Part shown: piece after piece, positions 61,189 through 64,000 of the stretch
Numbering within the stretch: the stretch's first letter is position 1
How the letters are laid out: each line of letters opens with the position of its first letter
Origin: an uncultured bacterium
Lineage (GTDB): Bacteria > Fidelibacterota > Marinisomatia > Marinisomatales > JABMOV01
DNA: 64,000 nt
Assembly: GCA_964654545.1 (NCBI GenBank)
Contig: CAZZIU010000002.1
Location: forward strand, 48,903-112,902
Direction of reading: 5' to 3'
Notes under the pieces: model-generated
Databases searched by the model: none
What the model was told of the DNA's origin: nothing
Seen by the model: only the letters and a program-made list of their open reading frames with translations
Position numbers and translations under genes: made by a program

Positions 61189-62260
61189 TATACTGAATTT
61201 GCTCCATGTGCCAGGAATTGGGCCCCAACGTGTTCGCACGCTTTTATCGTATTATAAAGATACCCGGAGCATCTGGGATGAGTCTGAGACCGGTTTATGC
61301 CAGATTGAAGGCATCAATATTTCTATTGCAAGGTCAATTTTGGATTTCACAGATTTTGATTTTGGAAAGCGTCAGGTTGAGATTGCCCAAAAAAATAATT
61401 GCAATATTGTTTCCAGTTTTGACAATCATTATCCTGAATTATTAAAAAGAATTTATGACCCACCTGTGCTATTGTTTACAAAGGGGAATGGTCTCAAAAA
61501 AGAACAAGATTGTATTGCCATTGTTGGAACCAGAAACATGACAGAATACGGACGACGGGTCACTTCCGATTTATCTTCATCCTTATCACGATCTGGTTTA
61601 ATCATTGTCAGCGGATTAGCACGCGGAGTGGATACAATTGCTCATAACGAAACTCTCATCGCGGATGGAAAGACTATTGCAGTCCTGGGTTGCGGTTTAG
61701 ATCGTGTTTATCCATCCGAAAACAGGAAATTATACAGCGAAATTGAAGATAGGGGAACCCTGGTTTCCGAATTCCCATTTGGAACGAAACCGGATGCAGT
61801 GAATTTTCCTCAAAGAAATCGCATCATCAGTGGTTTGAGTCATGCCGTAATAGTGGTTGAAGCAGGTAATAAATCGGGCGCCATGTTAACAGCCCTAAAT
61901 GCAATTGACCAGAACAGGGACGTGTATGCCGTTCCTGGAAGAATCTATGATGACAAAAGTATTGGCACCAATCGATTAATCAGACATGGCGCAATCCCAG
62001 TACAAAACGCCGAGGAAATTGTAACGATTCTGCAACCACGGTTATTTAAACCAAATCAACCCAAGCAAGAACGAATTAACCTGGAATTGAATCCAATGCA
62101 GGCAAAAATCGTCGCCCAATTACAAAATGATGCTGTTCATATTGATCAACTGGCAAAAATTCTCAACATTGAAATCACAAAGCTATTAAGTGAATTGCTG
62201 CAATTGGAATTGATTGGAGCAGTACGACAATTGGCAGGCAAAATGTTTATAGCAAATTAA
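61166..62260 (+). CDS. dprA: DNA-processing protein DprA
   Basis: IVGTRNMTEYG, VSGLARGVDTIAH, FPQRNRIISGLS and GAMLTA. Confidence 0.9.
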   Translation: MNPEITTDILNLLHVPGIGPQRVRTLLSYYKDTRSIWDESETGLCQIEGINISIARSILDFTDFDFGKRQVEIAQKNNCNIVSSFDNHYPELLKRIYDPPVLLFTKGNGLKKEQDCIAIVGTRNMTEYGRRVTSDLSSSLSRSGLIIVSGLARGVDTIAHNETLIADGKTIAVLGCGLDRVYPSENRKLYSEIEDRGTLVSEFPFGTKPDAVNFPQRNRIISGLSHAVIVVEAGNKSGAMLTALNAIDQNRDVYAVPGRIYDDKSIGTNRLIRHGAIPVQNAEEIVTILQPRLFKPNQPKQERINLELNPMQAKIVAQLQNDAVHIDQLAKILNIEITKLLSELLQLELIGAVRQLAGKMFIAN

Positions 62261-62345
62261 TGCTGAATTGATATTGGAGAGGGAGGGCTCCGATTGTAAT
62301 TTCGCCCGTCATTTTTCGAGAAGAAACCTAAAAAACAACATTTAT

Positions 62346-62435
62346 GGAGAGGTGGCCGAGCTGGCTGAAGGCGCTCGCCTGCTAAGTGAGTAACTGGGGA
62401 GACCTGGTTCGAGGGTTCGAATCCCTCCCTCTCCG
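62346..62435 (+). tRNA. tRNA-Ser (anticodon GCU), class II with a long variable arm
   Basis: Acceptor GGAGAGG/CCTCTCC, anticodon stem CTCGC/GTGAG with loop CTGCTAA, a variable arm of about 20 nt, T arm GAGGG-TTCGAAT-CCCTC and discriminator G. CCA is not encoded. Confidence 0.9.
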
Positions 62436-62522
62436 CAAATTTTATTTATAGAATTATAATCTAGACTGCTGTGAAGTTGTTAGATATTAATATGTTCAAT
62501 TCAGGACGGTAACCAAATCGTA

Positions 62523-62918
62523 CTACTGAAAAACTTCCTTTAATCTCTCAATCATATTCGTTTCAGATGTAAATACAATTCCATCTGCTTCTATAACCTG
62601 TTCAAGTTTAGGTACTAATTTTTCTCGTAAATGATCGCTGGAAAAATGATCTTTCAATAGAGCGGCACACTGTACTGCATGATCCATCTTTTGAAATTCA
62701 TCCATCTCCATTATGTGCTGTCCTGCGTCGCGTAAAACATCCAATGCGCGGTGCTGTTTATAATCAGGAAATAGCTCCAGTAGTGTATCTGCCCACACTT
62801 CTCGTTCTTCAAACTCAATTCTACCATCTGCCAATTGCAAACAAACTATGACATGGGTTACCAATTCTAACGGTGAATAATCTAGTATCGTTTTGGGGAC
62901 GTCTTCTTTTTTAAACAT
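62523..62918 (-). CDS. Hypothetical protein, possibly TerB-like
   Basis: All-helical, with two ADG-I-x-x-E-like segments (LADGRIEFEERE and EADGIVFTSE). Weak recognition only. Confidence 0.4.
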   Translation of the reverse strand: MFKKEDVPKTILDYSPLELVTHVIVCLQLADGRIEFEEREVWADTLLELFPDYKQHRALDVLRDAGQHIMEMDEFQKMDHAVQCAALLKDHFSSDHLREKLVPKLEQVIEADGIVFTSETNMIERLKEVFQ

Positions 62919-62920
62919 AG

Positions 62921-63211
62921 TTAGCTCGATTTCTCCTTAATTGTTGTCCATTCTTCAGGGGTATAGGTTTTCATACTCAATGCATGGATTTCATTTTGCA
63001 TAAGGTCATTTACAATTTCATATATTTTGCGATGACGATCAATCAAGTCCATGCCATTAAATGCATTTGAAACAATTATGGTATTTAAATGAGCTCCGCC
63101 AGTGTACGCATCATGGTGTTGGTGTCCTTTTGCGAAATCTTCAACTTCAAAATGATCCAGCGCTAATGAGGCCTCTAACCTGGTCCGCAACTCATCAAAT
63201 ATTGAACTCAT
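62921..63211 (-). CDS. BolA family protein
   Basis: FEVEDFAKGHQHH...HLNTIIVSNAFNGMDLIDRHRKIY...IHALSMKTYTPEEW. Confidence 0.8.
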   Translation of the reverse strand: MSSIFDELRTRLEASLALDHFEVEDFAKGHQHHDAYTGGAHLNTIIVSNAFNGMDLIDRHRKIYEIVNDLMQNEIHALSMKTYTPEEWTTIKEKSS

Positions 63212-63253
63212 CTAATTAATCCTTTTGATTGATATGATCCCTAAATTACAACC

Positions 63254-63643
63254 ATGACGAAAGAAGATCATCTATTTAGAATCACTCCTGAAGATAAACA
63301 GCGATATGAAAAACAAATTGCGAATATTGATATGTCGAAAAAGAAACAGGTATTGCATAGGATTCCAGAGAAGGTTTCCTATTTGATGCAAGATGTAGAT
63401 TTACATCCCATTCAGAAAGAACTTATTGAAGATATTTCCCGATTGTATACTGTATTAAAAAACGTACCTAATCTGGATGAAAATATCCAAAAACGTATAT
63501 TATTTGCTTTAGAGTATTTTGTTAAGTCAGACGATGAAATACCGGATACGGTGCCTACAGTCGGTTATCTGGATGATGCCGTGTTGGTGCGCTGGATAGC
63601 AGAGCAAATATTAGAAGAATATTCGCATATTTTTGAAGCGTGA
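63254..63643 (+). CDS. DUF1232 (YkvA-like) domain protein
   Basis: DDEIPDTVPTVGYLDDAVLVRWI matches the D.IPD.IP.IG.LDD signature. Confidence 0.65.
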   Translation: MTKEDHLFRITPEDKQRYEKQIANIDMSKKKQVLHRIPEKVSYLMQDVDLHPIQKELIEDISRLYTVLKNVPNLDENIQKRILFALEYFVKSDDEIPDTVPTVGYLDDAVLVRWIAEQILEEYSHIFEA

Positions 63644-63648
63644 TTGCT

Positions 63649-63849
63649 TCAGGGGGATTGAAGTTCCTCTTCAGAAAACTGCCATTGGCAGGAGGGACAC
63701 CACCACGGTTTGCCAAAATAGTTGGTGTTTTTATCAACCATCTCTAATGATTGGCCACATTTTGGACAGTCGCGGTTTGCATCGGGATCAGGCCAGGAAA
63801 ATTGCGGTTTGAAAGTCAGTGCTGGATCGGGAACTGTGTGTTTTTTCAT
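63649..63849 (-). CDS. Small zinc-ribbon protein
   Basis: CPKCG...CPSC pair. Start trimmed to the MKKH ATG at 63849. Confidence 0.45.
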   Translation of the reverse strand: MKKHTVPDPALTFKPQFSWPDPDANRDCPKCGQSLEMVDKNTNYFGKPWWCPSCQWQFSEEELQSP

Positions 63850-63923
63850 GCACAAATTTAATTGCAAACAATGACACGATTCCATAATGTCTTTATAGAA
63901 ATAAATATAACCAAGGATTGTAA

Positions 63924-64000
63924 ATGAGTATTATTATAGCCGTTGATGCCATGGGTGGCGATGATGGTCCTACGCCAATCGTTCAGGGCGCGATCATTGC
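63924..64000 (+). CDS. plsX: Phosphate acyltransferase PlsX, N-terminal fragment (runs off the window)
   Basis: MSIIIAVDAMGGDDGPTPIVQGAII matches the PlsX N-terminus (AVDAMGGD). Confidence 0.85.
   Translation, partial: MSIIIAVDAMGGDDGPTPIVQGAII

Noticed and set aside
62261-62522. tRNA-Ser flanks examined as a possible genomic-island integration site.
   Set aside because: There is no integrase, no direct repeat of the tRNA 3' end downstream, and no compositional shift. The downstream genes (TerB-like, bolA-like, DUF1232) look like ordinary chromosomal genes.

Overview
Compact, AT-rich chromosomal segment with roughly 95% coding. Almost every gene is on the + strand, and many junctions are ATGA/TAATG overlaps. 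Lineage markers point to an uncultured Gram-negative bacterium of the FCB superphylum (Bacteroidota / Ignavibacteria / Marinimicrobia-like): a T9SS C-terminal sorting domain, a PorV/PorQ-like barrel, a GWxTD protein, a DUF5683-like protein and BamD. I cannot place it more precisely from sequence alone. Most of the content is housekeeping: dinG, hutH, guaB, rpsT, trxA-trxB, mreBCD-mrdA-rodA, glyA, a TRAP transporter, nadD, ftsEX, hrcA-grpE-dnaJ, comEA, rsmD-coaD, icd, obg, dprA, tRNA-Ser(GCU), bolA-like and the plsX start. I saw no CRISPR array, IS element, integrase, prophage, toxin-antitoxin pair or recognisable defence gene, and no clear-cut novel system. Five loci deserve a second look. (1) An outer-membrane cluster at 40.1-49.0 kb holds a PorV-like barrel, a T9SS-tagged M6-like protein that has lost its HExxH site, and a 982-aa fusion of a zincin protease, a TolB-like propeller and an Omp85 barrel, followed by a DUF5683-like gene and bamD. 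(2) A membrane protein, an unlisted 58-aa di-cluster ferredoxin and a geranylgeranyl-reductase homologue form a cassette at 0.5-2.6 kb. (3) A 1600-aa secreted protein combines PKD, CapA-like and dockerin-like modules. (4) A rimL-like acetyltransferase gene is disrupted by an in-frame TAG. (5) Two uncharacterised membrane proteins lie downstream of comEA. All functional calls come from motif recognition by eye; no searches were run.
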